Position numbers and translations under genes: made by a program. Under the pieces are notes generated by a model. That model worked only from the letters and a program-made list of their open reading frames with translations, was not told the DNA's origin and searched no databases. Positions 61,859-64,000 of a stretch of DNA of 64,000 nucleotides are shown here, one piece after another (position 1 is the stretch's first letter; every line of letters starts with the position of its first letter). The DNA comes from Bythopirellula sp. Its GTDB lineage: Bacteria > Planctomycetota > Planctomycetia > Pirellulales > Lacipirellulaceae. The DNA lies in contig OZ244170.1 of NCBI GenBank assembly GCA_965216565.1, positions 864,001 to 928,000 on the forward strand, written 5' to 3'.

Positions 61859-64000
61859 ATGGACAAGCCGACATTTAGCTTCACGAATTCACTACTTCTA
61901 GTCGCCGCGCTGACGTTGGCATTGGGCCAGTCAGCCGATTGCTACGCGCAGTTAGGTGAGGGGAGCGTCATCGACGCGAATATCCCCACCAACTACTCTG
62001 GAGGTGGGAGCTTCTTCAATCGACAGCTGGGAACCGCCTTTCGGTTTGGTTACCAGACCGAAGGTTACGGTACCCAGGAAGGGATCGTAACGCTCGGCTC
62101 AATGAAGGTAGTCAACATGGAAGGTGCCACGTTCACCTTCGATGGGCAGGCCACGCTCAGCGACGAGTTTGGTGGGGGATACAATGCGGGCGTGTTCTAT
62201 CGTTCGCTAACAGATATTGGCTTTGGCAACGATTCGACCCGCATCAATGGCGTCGGCTTCTGGAGCGATGGCCAAAGCACGAGTGCTGACAACTTTTTCA
62301 GTCAGCTGGGCGTCACGCTCGAATCGTTAGGCGATTCGTACGATCTGCGGTTCCAAGGTAATTTTCCTTTGGACCGAATTAAAGATAGCGATACGCGACT
62401 GGTGGCGAATGCCGAGCCCCAGTTCCGCGATAACTTTTTGATGAGCGAGATTCTGCGATTCGAGCGAGATACCGCACTGACGGTACTCGATTTCGAGGGA
62501 GCAAAGCGCGTGATGGACCTAGAGGCTTGGGCCTTTCTGGGTGGTTACCATCTCACGGGAAGCGGCTACGATGCCACCGGTTATCGGGCCGGTGTGCGCG
62601 GATATGCCGTGCCCGACCTGGCGGTCTCCCTGCAAGTTACTGACGACGATATCTACCACACCAACGTGATGTTTGGCATCACTTGGTTTGTGGGACGAAC
62701 CAATACTACAAACGGACCTTGTGGGACGCTTCTCGATCGATTCCGCGAGCCTGTCCAGCGCAACGCCTATATTGCGACCGTGCAGCAGACGATCGACGAC
62801 GCCATCACTCCCTTCACGGATGTTGCCGACAACGAAGAGTTCTTCTTTGTGCATGTTGATAGCGACGCCGCAGACGGCGGAGACGGCACTTTCGAAAATC
62901 CCTTCAACGATCCGAACGACGTGAACAATGGTAGTTCCGAGGGCGATATCGTGCTGGTACATGCCGGTTCAGTCCTCGATGGCCGATTCGTTGCTCAAAA
63001 CGAGCAGCGTTTCTTGGGCGAAGGATTGGACCCCAACGGCATCCTGGTCGAACACCAGATCAACACCAACGAACGTGGACTTGTCACGTTGCCGGAAACC
63101 GAACCTGGGGCATTCACCTTGGATGCACCGATGATTACCGGGGTTCCCAGCGGCGGAGATCCGAACGATCCGAATGCGGCACTGGCTGTGTTTGAATTGG
63201 CTGACAACAACGAAGTGAACAACTTTACGATCAACGGCAATGCCGGTACTTCCGACGCGGCAGTCTACGCCAATGGCGTGCAATCGCCGCAATTGGCGAA
63301 CCTCGATATCAATGGGCCGTTCTTTAACGGTGTGGTCTTTACCGATGTCGCGGGCAATCCGTTGATCGAAAACTCAGTAACGATTGATGGCACGACGGAT
63401 CGTGGTATCTGGGTCAACGGTGGTGGCGGAATTGTGGGTGCCAATGCCATGGTCACCAACACCGAAGGCAGATCGGTCGTGGTTGAGAATCGCGATGCGG
63501 GTAGCGTGACCTTCGGCATTATCAACGATACGGGCGAGGGTATTCTGGCGCGTAACAATAGCGGTGGGACGATCACCTTCTCGAGTCGAGCCGAGGTGGA
63601 CGTCGACGGAACCGATCAAGCGGTGACGTTGAGCAACAACAACGGCGCTTCGATTACCTTCCAAGAGCTGCAAGCCATGAGTACCGACGGCACGACGTTC
63701 GCCGTCAACGGTGGTGGCACCATCAGCGTCAACAACTCGCAGGGCGACGACGGCAGCGACATCATCAACACGGGTACGGGCGATGCGCTTACCGTATTGG
63801 GTAACGACGTCGACCCCAACGCCAATCGCGGCAATCCCAACATCACTATCTTGGGTGATGTCACGAACAGCGGTGGCGGATTCGTCACGGATATTCAACA
63901 AATGGCGGGTGGATCGGTTGTGATCACTGGCGACGTGACTGACGACGATACCGCCGGCATGGGCATTCGCATTCGGGAAAACTCCGGCGGAGCGTTCTCC
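61859..64000 (+). CDS. large inverse-autotransporter-like protein (N-terminal beta-barrel, beta-helix-like passenger), truncated by window end
   Basis: Manual translation from ATG 61859 (GGGAG RBS): signal peptide, amphipathic strands (QLGVTLESLG..YDLRFQGNFP), RFREPVQRN, GDGTFENPF, G/N/T/V-rich repeats. Not in the ORF track because it has no stop in the window. Confidence 0.75.
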   Translation, partial: MDKPTFSFTNSLLLVAALTLALGQSADCYAQLGEGSVIDANIPTNYSGGGSFFNRQLGTAFRFGYQTEGYGTQEGIVTLGSMKVVNMEGATFTFDGQATLSDEFGGGYNAGVFYRSLTDIGFGNDSTRINGVGFWSDGQSTSADNFFSQLGVTLESLGDSYDLRFQGNFPLDRIKDSDTRLVANAEPQFRDNFLMSEILRFERDTALTVLDFEGAKRVMDLEAWAFLGGYHLTGSGYDATGYRAGVRGYAVPDLAVSLQVTDDDIYHTNVMFGITWFVGRTNTTNGPCGTLLDRFREPVQRNAYIATVQQTIDDAITPFTDVADNEEFFFVHVDSDAADGGDGTFENPFNDPNDVNNGSSEGDIVLVHAGSVLDGRFVAQNEQRFLGEGLDPNGILVEHQINTNERGLVTLPETEPGAFTLDAPMITGVPSGGDPNDPNAALAVFELADNNEVNNFTINGNAGTSDAAVYANGVQSPQLANLDINGPFFNGVVFTDVAGNPLIENSVTIDGTTDRGIWVNGGGGIVGANAMVTNTEGRSVVVENRDAGSVTFGIINDTGEGILARNNSGGTITFSSRAEVDVDGTDQAVTLSNNNGASITFQELQAMSTDGTTFAVNGGGTISVNNSQGDDGSDIINTGTGDALTVLGNDVDPNANRGNPNITILGDVTNSGGGFVTDIQQMAGGSVVITGDVTDDDTAGMGIRIRENSGGAFS

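Noticed and set aside
292..63923. Numerous antisense or overlapping ORFs in the track (e.g. 814-1527, 39894-40706, 48384-49256)
   Set aside because: Shadow frames of well-supported genes, with no recognisable motifs.

Overview
This is a 64-kb, mostly housekeeping window, inferred to come from a planctomycete (probably Pirellulales-like). The inference rests on gene content: planctomycete-style Ser/Thr kinase and small lipoproteins, a PEP-CTERM protein and an inverse-autotransporter-like protein. Recognisable genes include skp-lpxC-lpxA plus a Gfo/Idh/MocA gene, xylB, glgB, topA, acpS, trpS, pyrD, HU/IHF, an FAD/Fe-S oxidoreductase-moaD-moaE-moaA-cysteine desulfurase operon, folE, nth, dcd and purU. 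Four things stand out. (1) A dedicated type II fatty-acid-like cluster (FabF-like KS, ACP, two CrtI-like FAD oxidoreductases, FabZ-like, FabI-like) lies 2 kb from an OleA-type condensing enzyme, a candidate O2-independent polyunsaturated lipid or hydrocarbon pathway. (2) A Y1/HUH transposase bounded by 46-bp palindromic inverted repeats sits inside that cluster. (3) There are many intergenic inverted-repeat elements, including several whose arms are built from 7-, 8- or 9-nt tandem units, some nested. (4) Two proteins look like pseudo-enzymes (a C26 amidotransferase without the catalytic Cys and a degenerate RNase HI), and a GlsB/YeaQ gene is frameshifted. No rRNA, tRNA or CRISPR array was seen. 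All calls come from reading motifs; no database searches were run.
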